Shown here piece by piece: positions 1-9,434 of a stretch of 64,000 nucleotides of DNA. The translations under genes and the position numbers were made by a program. The notes beneath the pieces are model-generated. The model saw nothing but the letters and a program-made list of their open reading frames with translations. It was not told the DNA's origin and ran no database searches. How positions within the stretch are numbered: the stretch's first letter is position 1; each line of letters opens with the position of its first letter. Location: contig CAWGMK010000012.1 in NCBI GenBank assembly GCA_963823655.1, positions 74,611-138,610 of the forward strand, in the 5' to 3' direction. Source of the DNA: an uncultured Bacillota bacterium (lineage in GTDB: Bacteria > Bacillota > DTU025 > MWDF01).

Positions 1-43
1 CGAAATACCGGCTGCGCCTTGACCATAAAAGGGAGGGCTAATT

Positions 44-892
44 ATGGCGATACCCGAGATACGCAATGTCAGGAAGACGGTAACCGGAACCAGGACTGTG
101 GACGGGGCAGGGGTCAACCTGGTGCGCGTGCTGGGCCGTCCGGACGTCAAGGACTTCGACCCATTCCTTATGCTGGATGCATTCGATTCGACCGACCCAA
201 GGGACTACGTAAAGGGTTTCCCGTGGCATCCCCACAGAGGCATCGAGACCGTGACCTACCTGATAAAAGGCGATATAGAGCACGGCGACAGCCTGAAAAA
301 CAGCGGAAGCATCAAAGACGGAGACTGCCAGTGGATGACGGCAGGCTCCGGAATAATCCATCAGGAGATGCCAAAGGCCTGCGACAGGATGCTAGGGGCC
401 CAGCTCTGGGTGAACCTTCCTGCAAAATATAAGATGACGGAGCCCAAATATAGGGACATAACATCCGCCATGATACCCGTGATAGAGGAAGGCTGCGCGA
501 CGGTGAGGGTAATATCAGGCCTGTACAAGGGCAAGAAGGGCGCCATGGAGGGCGATTTCGTAAAGCCGCTCTACATAGATCTCGCCTTGAAGCCGGGGTG
601 CGAGTGGAGCATGCCCACAAAGCCTGAAGATACTGTGTTCGCGTACATAGTGCAGGGCTCGGCCGAGTTCGGCCCCGTCGGCTCTTCGATAATCGATGAG
701 AAGCACGCTGTCCTCTTCGACGAGGGTGCAAGCGTTAGGATTAAGGCAACGGAGAAGGGCACAAGGCTTCTGCTTCTTGCGGCGCCGCCCCTGCATGAGC
801 CGATAGCTTGGGGAGGCCCCATTGTAATGAATACGAGGGAAGAGCTGAGCCAGGCGTTCAAGGACCTGGACGACAACACCTTCATAAAGTAG
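44..892 (+). CDS. Pirin family protein
   Basis: 282-aa ORF with the HPHRGIETVTYL cupin signature typical of pirins; AAGGGAGGG RBS upstream of ATG 44. Confidence 0.85.
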   Translation: MAIPEIRNVRKTVTGTRTVDGAGVNLVRVLGRPDVKDFDPFLMLDAFDSTDPRDYVKGFPWHPHRGIETVTYLIKGDIEHGDSLKNSGSIKDGDCQWMTAGSGIIHQEMPKACDRMLGAQLWVNLPAKYKMTEPKYRDITSAMIPVIEEGCATVRVISGLYKGKKGAMEGDFVKPLYIDLALKPGCEWSMPTKPEDTVFAYIVQGSAEFGPVGSSIIDEKHAVLFDEGASVRIKATEKGTRLLLLAAPPLHEPIAWGGPIVMNTREELSQAFKDLDDNTFIK

Positions 893-928
893 CCTGCTAA
901 GGAAGAATGGCTTGCATTTGCCGTTAAT

Positions 929-1505
929 ATGCCAAGCTTAAAGCGGGAGGCGCTCATGCTCGGGCTGAAGAGGGGTATAGTCCAACTGGCAGACCATGAC
1001 GATGCATGGGCATCCGCCGCATCCGATTCCATAAAGAAGCTCAAGGCCGTGCTCGGCCCGATCATGATATCGGCCGAGCACGTTGGCAGCACATCTATCA
1101 GGTGGATCAAGGCAAAGCCGATAATCGACATCGCGGTCGGTGTGGGCGACTTCAAACCCGTTTATGACATGATCGATACGATTGAGCAAGCAGGCTTCAT
1201 CCACAAGCGCGAGAACGACAATGAATGGCAAGTGTTCTTCTCATGCGGTAAGACCGAGGATGACGTCGTGACACACCACATCCATGTAGTCATTTATGAA
1301 GGTCAGGAGTGGCAAAACTACATGCTCTTCAGGGACTACCTGAACGCTAACAGGGAAGAGGCCCTGAAGTACCAGCGCATGAAGGAAGAACTCATGGAGA
1401 AGCATCCGCACGACAGGCTGAACTACACCGAGGGCAAGTCCGAATACATAAGAGCCGTCATAGAGGCAGCAAGGCGGAGGAAATCCGAAGAGAAAAACCA
1501 GCTGA
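929..1505 (+). CDS. GrpB family protein (no in-frame stop; ORF reads through to 2287)
   Basis: The first ~190 aa of the 452-aa ORF look GrpB-like (EHVGSTSI..AKPIIDIAVGV). Dropping one A from the A5 run 1493-1497 would put TGA 1503-1505 in frame. The end coordinate is inferred. Confidence 0.55.
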
Positions 1506-1639
1506 ACCCCGATGCGGGCAACCTGCTGACATCCAACCAAGGTCGTTCTTTTCTCACACACAGTTCATATAATTTGAAGGTGATGAATATCGCTTTGTTG
1601 AACTATACACAAATTCATTTATGTGGGGAGGGTACGGCG

Positions 1640-2287
1640 ATGAAGGCATTTAAGATAGCGCTGGCTTTAGCAATCCTTGTTTCCCTGCTTTCCTTATCGG
1701 GCTGCAGCAAGACATGGTCCTTCGACTTCATGGACGGCACTTCGCTGACTGCTTGGCATATTGATGACTGGAGCGGCGGCTACGTATACGACGAGACGGG
1801 GCTGACGATCGACTCCATGGGCTTTACATCACCCTTTGCCTTCACGGGGGACCTCACAGTCACCATCGAATTCACCCTTGATACAGATATTAATAATGGG
1901 GTTTATATGGAGTTCGGGCTTTATGACAACATAGCTGATATCTCAGAAAACCGCGTCAATTTCCATTTCGATGATGTAGGAGATCCTGCAGAAGAGGGCA
2001 TAGGCATCTCGGAGTATGGGCCGGCAACCGCCCCCGGCTGGAACTACACCAAATCATATTTAGCTACAATACCGGGTTTGAACAGGGACGGAGAGAATAT
2101 CGTGGTAATCACTAAGACCGGGGATAACGTACAAATAAGCTTTAACGGGGTACCGGTTGAGAATTTGACTATGGGCTTCTATGAGTCCGACAGGTTCGCA
2201 ATACTCATCAGTTCGGAATTATATGACGGCGTCATGACTTACAATTCCATATCAGTCCGCTACACTGGGGATAGGATAGAGCTATAG
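1640..2287 (+). CDS. Lipoprotein, diverged member of the 219-aa beta-sandwich-like lipoprotein family
   Basis: Internal ATG 1640 preceded by GGGGAGG; signal peptide plus lipobox (LSLSGC); shares the GDLTVTIEFTLDTD core and overall pattern with the genes at 2470-4865. Confidence 0.7.
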   Translation: MKAFKIALALAILVSLLSLSGCSKTWSFDFMDGTSLTAWHIDDWSGGYVYDETGLTIDSMGFTSPFAFTGDLTVTIEFTLDTDINNGVYMEFGLYDNIADISENRVNFHFDDVGDPAEEGIGISEYGPATAPGWNYTKSYLATIPGLNRDGENIVVITKTGDNVQISFNGVPVENLTMGFYESDRFAILISSELYDGVMTYNSISVRYTGDRIEL

Positions 2288-2309
2288 AAGAGGACTTATT
2301 TAATGGCAA

Positions 2310-2348
2310 GCCCCGGGCAGCAAATTATACGCCCGGGGCCTGTTCTTA
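2310..2348. terminator. Hairpin between convergent genes (likely bidirectional terminator)
   Basis: GCCCCGGGC (2310-2318) / GCCCGGGGC (2331-2339), perfect 9-bp stem followed by CTGTTCTTAT. Confidence 0.6.
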
Positions 2349-2469
2349 TACCAGAGGCTGGTCTTATTGGCTTCACGGACCCTAATCACACACGCGACGG
2401 CTATTGGTAGCCAATGAGAACTCCTTGCTAGAGGATAGGACTAAAGCGTCATTCCGGTTAAAGGGTTAA

Positions 2470-3129
2470 TTAGGGAATAAGCTCGCGCGTTCCCTCGTAC
2501 TCGATCTTTACATCCCTGTAGTACAAACAGCTTTTTTCGGAATCTTGGATGCTTTCGACGACAAGGCAATATTGATCAACATTGTAGCGAGAAGGGTTGA
2601 AGGCGACGATAAATGCATCATTGAGCCAGAAAGTTAGTAGCCCTCCTCTTTGCTCTATAACAAGTGTATTGAGTCCCACAGTATCAATACCTGGGATAGG
2701 TGTTTGCAAATCCAAATAACTTATCGAACCTTGACTACTGTTACCATGGAAAATTGCGTAGCTAGCTGTATCAGTACCGACTTTACTGAAGGAAATCCCT
2801 GCATAACCTTCGGAATCAGAAAACCCGTTCATAGCCGAAAGACATACTTTAATAAACGACACATTGTTGATCTGGTCTGTATCCAAGTCGAAACGCACTG
2901 TTGCGGTGAGATCCCCCGTGTATACGTGAGGCACTGCAACCCAGTTGCTCGCCATAAACAGGCCTTCGTCTGATAGAACAGCAGAATTGCCGTAGGATGA
3001 CCATGTCCCATCTGCCCTTATCAAGTCTTCCTCCTTAGTAAAATTAAAGTAATATGTCTTGCTGCAACCCGCCGTGGTCAACATCAGCGAAACAATAAGG
3101 AAGATCATCATCAGCTTGCCATATTTCAT
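2470..3129 (-). CDS. Lipoprotein, tandem family copy 1 (219 aa)
   Basis: Signal peptide plus lipobox LTTAGC; ends GTRELIP like copies 2 and 3; GAGGAG RBS. Confidence 0.8.
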   Translation of the reverse strand: MKYGKLMMIFLIVSLMLTTAGCSKTYYFNFTKEEDLIRADGTWSSYGNSAVLSDEGLFMASNWVAVPHVYTGDLTATVRFDLDTDQINNVSFIKVCLSAMNGFSDSEGYAGISFSKVGTDTASYAIFHGNSSQGSISYLDLQTPIPGIDTVGLNTLVIEQRGGLLTFWLNDAFIVAFNPSRYNVDQYCLVVESIQDSEKSCLYYRDVKIEYEGTRELIP

Positions 3130-3269
3130 ACAATCATCTCCTCGATAGTTACTTCAACATACTGTCAATTTCCCCTTTGCTCTTTCTTGTGCGCTCCCGA
3201 CAAATCTTTGCCGCCTTAGAGAAATCGGAATGCTTGTTTCTCTAACAGCTTAAGGCATAATCAGAAGCA

Positions 3270-3298
3270 GGCTCCGGGCATCAATTCCGCCCGAAGCC
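3270..3298 (-). terminator. Imperfect hairpin downstream of lipoprotein copy 2
   Basis: GGCTCCGGGC / GCCCGAAGCC (1 mismatch), conserved in the next cassette; weak U-tract. Confidence 0.4.
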
Positions 3299-3338
3299 GT
3301 TCATATTCAAGCAGTAGTCATCTTGGCTTTAGAAGATA

Positions 3339-3998
3339 CTAGGGAATTAGCTCGCGTGTTCCCTTGTACTCGATTTTCACATCCCTGAAGAACAAGCAGT
3401 CATTTTGAGAATCTTGACTGCTTCCTATGGTAAGGCAGTAAAGATCAGTGTCATAGCGAGAAGGGTTGAATGTAGCTAAGAATGCTCCATTGAGCCAAAA
3501 AGTGAACACTCCGCTTTTTTGTTCAATAACAAGAGTATTAAGTCCCACAGTATTCAAAGCTGGGATTGGCGTTTGCGGTCCTTGATAGGCCGTTCCTCCT
3601 TGATCTTTATTGCCGTGGAAGATGATAAAAGTAGAGGTATCAATGCCGACATTCGAGAAACTAATCCCGGCAAAACCTTCGGAATTTAAAAATACATTCG
3701 TCGTCGAAAGGAATATTTCAAAATACGAGACAAAGTTATCATGGTCCGTATTTAAATCGAAACGGACTGTAGCTGTAAGATCCCCCGAATAAACGTGGGG
3801 GGCTGAAACCCAGTCAGGCGCCATGAACAGGCCTTCGCTTGATAAAACAAAAAGGTTGCATACGGATGACCATGTTCCGTCATCTCTTACCAGGTCTTCC
3901 TCCTCAGTGAAGTCGAAAAAGTATGTCTTGCTGCAACCTGCTGTGGTTAGCATCATTGAAACAACCAGCACGATCATCATCAGTTTGCCAATTCTCAT
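3339..3998 (-). CDS. Lipoprotein, tandem family copy 2 (219 aa)
   Basis: Same length, lipobox and C-terminus as copies 1 and 3; GGGAGGTG RBS. Confidence 0.8.
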   Translation of the reverse strand: MRIGKLMMIVLVVSMMLTTAGCSKTYFFDFTEEEDLVRDDGTWSSVCNLFVLSSEGLFMAPDWVSAPHVYSGDLTATVRFDLNTDHDNFVSYFEIFLSTTNVFLNSEGFAGISFSNVGIDTSTFIIFHGNKDQGGTAYQGPQTPIPALNTVGLNTLVIEQKSGVFTFWLNGAFLATFNPSRYDTDLYCLTIGSSQDSQNDCLFFRDVKIEYKGTRELIP

Positions 3999-4136
3999 AC
4001 AATCACCTCCCGAATAGGTACTTCAACATACTGCGAATTTCCCCTTTGCTCTTTCTTGTGCAGTTCTGACAAATATTTGCACTTTAGTCGAATTGGAATA
4101 CTTGCTTCAATAACAGATTAAGGCTCAATTAAAACA

Positions 4137-4165
4137 GGCTCCAGGCATCAGTTCTGCCCGGAGCC
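4137..4165 (-). terminator. Imperfect hairpin downstream of lipoprotein copy 3
   Basis: GGCTCCAGGC / GCCCGGAGCC (1 mismatch), followed on the minus strand by TGTTTTAATT. Confidence 0.45.
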
Positions 4166-4205
4166 TTTCATATTCAAGCAGCAGTCATCTTGGATTTAGG
4201 GGATA

Positions 4206-4865
4206 CTAGGGAATTAGCTCGCGTGTTCCCTCGTATTCAATCTTTACATCCCGGTAGAACAGGCAGCTTTTCTGAGAATCTTGAGTGCTTTGTATGTTAA
4301 GGCAATAGAGATCGACATTGTAGCGAGAAGGGTTGAAGGCGACTATAAAGGCATCATTGAGCCAGAAAGTGAGTATCCCTCCTCTTTGCTCTATAACGAG
4401 CGTATTTAGTCCTACAGTGTCAATACCTGGGATTGGTGTTTGCGATTCCAAATAATTTATCGTTCCTTCACTGCTATTAGAGTGGTAGATGTTATAGTAG
4501 GCCGTATCTTGGCCGACATTGTAGAAGCTAATCCCTGCATAGCCTTCGGAATTCGAAAATCCGTTCTTTGCCGAAAGATATACTTCGAAATACGGCACAT
4601 AGTTGACCGGATCCGTATCCAAATCGAAACGGACTGTTGCGGTAAGATTTCCTGAGTAAACGTGAGGCACCGCAACCCAGTTGGCTGCCATGAACAGGCC
4701 TTTGTCAGATAGAACCGTAGGATTGCCGAAGGATGACCATGTTCCGTCATCTCGTACGAAGTCTTCCTCTTCAGTAAAGTCGAAAAAGTATGTCTTGCTG
4801 CAACCTGCTGTGGTTAGCATCAGTGAAACAATCAGGACGATCATCATCAGTTTGCCAATTTTCAT
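4206..4865 (-). CDS. Lipoprotein, tandem family copy 3 (219 aa)
   Basis: Same architecture as copies 1 and 2; GGGAGGTG RBS. Confidence 0.8.
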   Translation of the reverse strand: MKIGKLMMIVLIVSLMLTTAGCSKTYFFDFTEEEDFVRDDGTWSSFGNPTVLSDKGLFMAANWVAVPHVYSGNLTATVRFDLDTDPVNYVPYFEVYLSAKNGFSNSEGYAGISFYNVGQDTAYYNIYHSNSSEGTINYLESQTPIPGIDTVGLNTLVIEQRGGILTFWLNDAFIVAFNPSRYNVDLYCLNIQSTQDSQKSCLFYRDVKIEYEGTRELIP

Positions 4866-5037
4866 ACAATCACCTCCCGAATAGGTACTTCAACATTCGG
4901 ATAGTTTATCCTTTGCTTATCTTGCCAAATCTCCTACAAATATGCAGTTCATTAAAAAATTGAAATCCATGGCCCTCCGATAGCTTGGAGTTGATAGAGA
5001 AGCTGAAGCTATGCCCATATAAGGAGGATATTCTGCA

Positions 5038-5766
5038 TTATGCATCCCGTCTATGAAGGGCGCCCCAACGGTCCAGCATGCGCTCCGCTTCATCCCTCGT
5101 GAAAGACCTGCCGTGGCCGGGATGGAATGTACGAGAGCCGGTTGCATCAAGAAGCTTTCTCCAACTTAAGATGTTCTGCTCTGCGCTTAAGCCAATAATA
5201 GGAAGGTCTGGCCCTAATGAAAGCGAAGGGAAGCCGCTCATAGCCATGTCTCCGATAAACGCCCGCCCGTCGTCCAGCACCAATGTACTTGAGCCCGGAG
5301 TATGTCCCGGTGTATGGATTATCCTGGCAGGCAGGCCGATATCGTGAAGGTCGGTCCCGTTATCGCCGAAAACCCCATCCGCAATGAAACATTCTGAGAG
5401 CTGCGGGGCCATCATAAGGGGCGCAAGCTTCATCACAAAGCGCGCCCATGAGCCTTGGGGCTTGGCCGGGACCTTCCCTTCCTCTTTAAGAAGCCTGTAG
5501 TCGGACTCGTGAATGAAGATAGGAGCGCCAGATGCCTTGGAAAGCCCTGCCGCCGATCCGATGTGGTCGAAGTGGCCATGTGTTATAAAGATGGCTGAGA
5601 TTGCTCTCCCTGAGCTAGCATCAGGCACAGTGGAGGCCTCTTTGATGAACCTGCGCTCCCAGAACCTGTAAGTGCCAGTGTCCACAATTATGGAACCCTG
5701 CGGACAAGACACTAGGTAGCAGTTGGTCATATCTGCCCTCAGGAGCTTAACAATGACTTCCTGCAT
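5038..5766 (-). CDS. MBL-fold metallo-hydrolase
   Basis: 242 aa with the THGHFDH zinc-binding motif and a downstream HTPGHTPG motif. Confidence 0.8.
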   Translation of the reverse strand: MQEVIVKLLRADMTNCYLVSCPQGSIIVDTGTYRFWERRFIKEASTVPDASSGRAISAIFITHGHFDHIGSAAGLSKASGAPIFIHESDYRLLKEEGKVPAKPQGSWARFVMKLAPLMMAPQLSECFIADGVFGDNGTDLHDIGLPARIIHTPGHTPGSSTLVLDDGRAFIGDMAMSGFPSLSLGPDLPIIGLSAEQNILSWRKLLDATGSRTFHPGHGRSFTRDEAERMLDRWGALHRRDA

Positions 5767-5876
5767 TGACGCTCACCTCCCGTGTATTTTCATTAAGGAG
5801 AGGTGTACCTGCATGCGCGCAAACCTTAATTGTCTAAAACCAATGGTAAATCGCCAGAATACAGAATCAGGATTTT

Positions 5877-6242
5877 TCAGTGCTGCTTCTTTGCTTCAAC
5901 AGACCTGCCGGCCCATACCAAGCCCACGCCTGTAAGCAGGGGTATCAGGGAAAGGGTCGCAAATGTTACAAGCATCTCATAAGTGGCGAACTTCAGAGTA
6001 AGATATGCACCGAAGATTATAAGGGCGAGGCCCATTATCTGTGGCCTCTTCCAAGTCATTGCTATTGCTATCAGGAGGGCAATCGACGGCACGGAATGCA
6101 CGATGAACGCACCCACCTGCTCCAGGAAAGGAGCCTCGATTTCGAACACGTCAAATGAGAAAAGCATTAAAAAGAGAGCATAGGCGATGGCCACAATCCT
6201 GAGCCAGAATATTAGCTTGGAAGTCTTCTCGGCGGTTGCCAT
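5877..6242 (-). CDS. Small polytopic membrane protein, unknown function
   Basis: 121 aa with four hydrophobic segments; GGAGGTGAG RBS. Confidence 0.6.
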   Translation of the reverse strand: MATAEKTSKLIFWLRIVAIAYALFLMLFSFDVFEIEAPFLEQVGAFIVHSVPSIALLIAIAMTWKRPQIMGLALIIFGAYLTLKFATYEMLVTFATLSLIPLLTGVGLVWAGRSVEAKKQH

Positions 6243-6315
6243 TTAACTCACCTCCATGCCTCTTGTTTCTGCAAAAGGGGCCGAAATCCTGCATCTTTGC
6301 GCCTAATGGAGCCAA

Positions 6316-6350
6316 TATAAAAGGCCGGGATCATTGTAATCCCGGCCCTT
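6316..6350 (-). terminator. Rho-independent terminator of the VTC/DUF4956/beta-helix operon
   Basis: AAGGCCGGGAT / ATCCCGGCCCTT stem, followed on the minus strand by TTTTATATT. Confidence 0.75.
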
Positions 6351-6374
6351 CAGACTGGCACTCGATTGGCTTAT

Positions 6375-7487
6375 CTACTTCTTGTTTGTGCTGGAAGGAG
6401 CCCCTCCCATGCCCGCCCCGGCCGGTGAAACAACAGCGGTCGCAGTAATAGTCGCAGCGCCTGCGGCCGCCGTGAATGCTCCTCCTGTGTGCAACCCGTC
6501 CACGGCCTTGCCGGTGGAGCTGCCCGAGAAAACTGCGCTGTAGCTGGTTCCCGTACTAAGATCAGGCGAGCTGTACAACACGTTCTGGTAGGTCCTGGCC
6601 GGCGCGAAGGTAAGTATCTCCTTGCTGCCTTGTTTAATCGAGAAAACGGACTTTGCCGCCTGGGTCGCTCCTGATTTGAATAGAAGCGAGCTCTGGGTCG
6701 ATGCGCCGTTAATATTTGTGAAGGTGTTTCCGGTAGCGATCAACGTTCCACCCTTGATAGTGAACAGGCCCCTGGCATCCAGACCGCCCTCGCCCCCAGT
6801 AGTGCCTCCCATCGATATTACAGTCCCGCCGTTGATGTTCACCGTGCCGTTCGAGTCGATCCCGTCCCCTGTGGCCACTATGTAGACATAGCCGCCGTTT
6901 ACCGTGATGTCGTCATGCGCATTCAATCCGTCGTCCTTGGAAGTCACTTTTACCGTGCCGCTGGTTATGATGATGTCATCGTCGCTGGATATGCCCTCTT
7001 TGTGCTTGCCATCTACGACCAATGTCCCGGTTCCGTTTATCTCAAGCGTGTCGTTCGTGAAAACGGCCGCGTCGTTTTCGTTTGCGTTGGCCCCGTCGGT
7101 CAGATAGCTCGTAGTCCCCTCCTTCAAAGTAAGGGTGATCCTCTTCGCGTCAGTAACCATCAGGGCGGGCCCCGCAGAATTCGTTACGTTCACTCCGTTG
7201 AGCTCTATATAAACCTTGCCGGTCGTATTCACTTCTATTGAACCGTTGGCAAGCGTCCCGCTTACCGTGTAGTTGCCGCCCGCTGTTATCTTAATGGTAC
7301 TGCCGCTGACCGCGGCTCCCGTTCCCTTTACCGTGCTCGTCGTCCCCAGCACTATTGCCGTCGCGTTCGTATAGTCTGTTACCGCCTCGGCAGATACTCC
7401 GACCGGTATTGCCGCCATCACCAGCGCCAATATCCAGGCAATCGCTATCAATTTCCTCAATTTACCCACTCCTTGCACTTTACGCAT
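6375..7487 (-). CDS. Secreted beta-helix repeat protein, carbohydrate-binding Cthe_2159-like
   Basis: Signal peptide; repeated ..ITV.GG.V.I.A.GDGIDSNG.. turns characteristic of the Cthe_2159 (PF14262-type) family, recognised by eye. Confidence 0.7.
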   Translation of the reverse strand: MRKVQGVGKLRKLIAIAWILALVMAAIPVGVSAEAVTDYTNATAIVLGTTSTVKGTGAAVSGSTIKITAGGNYTVSGTLANGSIEVNTTGKVYIELNGVNVTNSAGPALMVTDAKRITLTLKEGTTSYLTDGANANENDAAVFTNDTLEINGTGTLVVDGKHKEGISSDDDIIITSGTVKVTSKDDGLNAHDDITVNGGYVYIVATGDGIDSNGTVNINGGTVISMGGTTGGEGGLDARGLFTIKGGTLIATGNTFTNINGASTQSSLLFKSGATQAAKSVFSIKQGSKEILTFAPARTYQNVLYSSPDLSTGTSYSAVFSGSSTGKAVDGLHTGGAFTAAAGAATITATAVVSPAGAGMGGAPSSTNKK

Positions 7488-8169
7488 ACACCTTATCCTC
7501 GAATTCCTTAACAGTCAGCGATATGTTCAAATTGCCGTTCCTGCACCTCAGCTCGTCTATGAACTTCTTCTGGTTTGCGCCGGGATCCATGTTCAGGTTG
7601 TAGACCACTTCGAAAAGAGTGCCGAAATCGCTCGTCTTTACCTTCTTGAGGCTCCATGACTTCGAGTACTTGCTAAGCACATCGTCGAACAGCCCCTGGT
7701 AATTCAAATCCTCCGGTATCGTTATCTTAAGCTGCATAGCATTCGCCCTTGGTGCTGCGAACTTCGCGAAGTGCAGCGCTATCATCATAAGGCACATCAC
7801 TGCCGTGAATATGGCGGCGTAGCCCAAGTAGCCGATCCCGCACGCAAGCCCCACTCCCAGCGCGTACAGCACATAGGCGATGTCCTTCGGCGCTCCCGCC
7901 GAGCTGCGGAACCTAATCAGGCTGAAAGCTCCGGCCAGGCTGAAGGCCCTTGCGACATTGTTGCCGATGAGAAAGACTATCGCCGCAACTATCGCCGGCA
8001 TCATGATCAGGGTCACGGTAAATCCCGATGAATAGCCCTCGTTCTTGTGCGTGTACATATAGACGAGGGAGATGAAAAGGCCCATTGCTATTGCCATGCC
8101 CAGTACCATAAGCGTGTTCAAGACGGTGAATGGCTCGTTGCCCGTTGTCGTAAGAATGCTCTCTATCAT
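7480..8169 (-). CDS. DUF4956-like membrane protein
   Basis: 229 aa; N-terminal TM helices with ..FSLIRFRS..KDIAYVL.. and a soluble C-terminal domain; overlaps both neighbouring genes. Confidence 0.65.
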   Translation of the reverse strand: MIESILTTTGNEPFTVLNTLMVLGMAIAMGLFISLVYMYTHKNEGYSSGFTVTLIMMPAIVAAIVFLIGNNVARAFSLAGAFSLIRFRSSAGAPKDIAYVLYALGVGLACGIGYLGYAAIFTAVMCLMMIALHFAKFAAPRANAMQLKITIPEDLNYQGLFDDVLSKYSKSWSLKKVKTSDFGTLFEVVYNLNMDPGANQKKFIDELRCRNGNLNISLTVKEFEDKVYA

Positions 8170-8985
8170 AATGACCTGCCCCTTTTCAGAATGTGCCTTT
8201 GCCTTGCTTCCTGTTTTCCTGCCAGCATCGCCACCGCCGGCACCAATATCCGCCTGATCTCATCTGGCCTGCTGTAAAGGCATGTCCTCTCGTATTCCTT
8301 GCCGTACTTCGAATAACCCGTCCTGTATATGTTAAGCTCCGAGAGGGCGTCGGCCAGCCACACCGGCACCGAGCTCGAGAACTTGATTTCCATCAGAACC
8401 TGGCCGTCTTCCAGCAACCTGTCGCCGTGTTCGCTGTTTTCGAAATTTACTTCCGATCTTCTGGCGATTATGTCGGTGTCGAATGTAACCCTTAAGCCTT
8501 TGTCCTCAATTCCGCAGAAAGCCAGCCGCCTGTAGCTTATGTACGCCGCCGGGAATAGCTCGTTTTGCTTCAAAAAGAACGCTATCTCGTCTATAACCTG
8601 GGCGTTGATGTAATCTTTTGCCTGCCGGCTTCTTACCGGTCCCTACGAAATCCTCGGCCTCCTTGAGGCTCATAACTGCCCGCCTCTTATTGATGATCCC
8701 GTCCATCTTCTTCTTGATCTCCAGGAACACCTGGTCATCCTTTGTGCCCGGCAGGTTGTAGCTTCTTATGCGAAGCTTCTGCTTGTAGAACGGGTGCGAC
8801 AACGAGTGCCTAATCAAATAGTTGTCCCTGGTGTCGAAGTAGATGCTGTGTATCTGATAGTCTTGCCCTCCCAGACAATGGCCGTCGAGGCTCATGTGAG
8901 GCCTGAGCTTCTCTATGAGCTTCTCGGCCTTGGGCGCATCTAACAGGTACTTGATCTCATGCCGTTTGAAAGTAGATATCGTCAT
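8166..8985 (-). CDS. VTC (polyphosphate polymerase-like) domain protein, apparent frameshift
   Basis: FKRHEIKYLL..YFDT..LRIRSY N-terminus (8506-8985) continues in another frame (8166-8573: AYISYRRLAF..LRVTFD). The shift maps to the T4 run 8616-8619. Confidence 0.7.
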
Positions 8986-9434
8986 CTTCGAGGCCTCCTT
9001 CCCGGATTATTTCCCTTGCCTGCCGCTCGGCCGCCCATCCGCCGTTCGCTAGCCTGCCTGTCTGCTCTGAAAGCCGTTTCCAATGTTTGCAGTTTCAGAA
9101 TAAAGCCCGTATGTTACATACAAATGGACGGAATATGAACATAATGTTACGGAATGAAAAATCGCCAAGAATTTCGGCAAACACAGCTTGAAAGCAGCAA
9201 ACGCGCGAAAAACGGCTTCTCGCCAAAGGAAAGCGAGAGGCCCAACATGTGCATTAGATGCCGCAGCCATCCAATGATTGCATAAAATTACCAATAGAAG
9301 GATATGCCGCAAAGCCGGCATACTTCCTGCCGTCGGGGCTGCGGAATGTTGTATATCCTCCCTGATTGTTATGATAAAATGTTCTATAAACATACGCAAA
9401 ATGCAAGCATTATGCGTATAGAGGAGGGGGAATC

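Larger units (their letters stand above)
2462..4925. repeat. Tandem triplication of an ~868-bp lipoprotein expression cassette
   Basis: Gene starts at 3129, 3998 and 4865 (period 869/867 bp). The coding region, RBS/leader and downstream hairpin are all repeated with divergence. Confidence 0.9.

Noticed and set aside
9049-9399. 116-aa minus-strand ORF upstream of the ABC importer.
   Set aside because: There is no RBS. It sits in a promoter-like, AT-rich intergenic region with several hairpins, and the composition is not protein-like.
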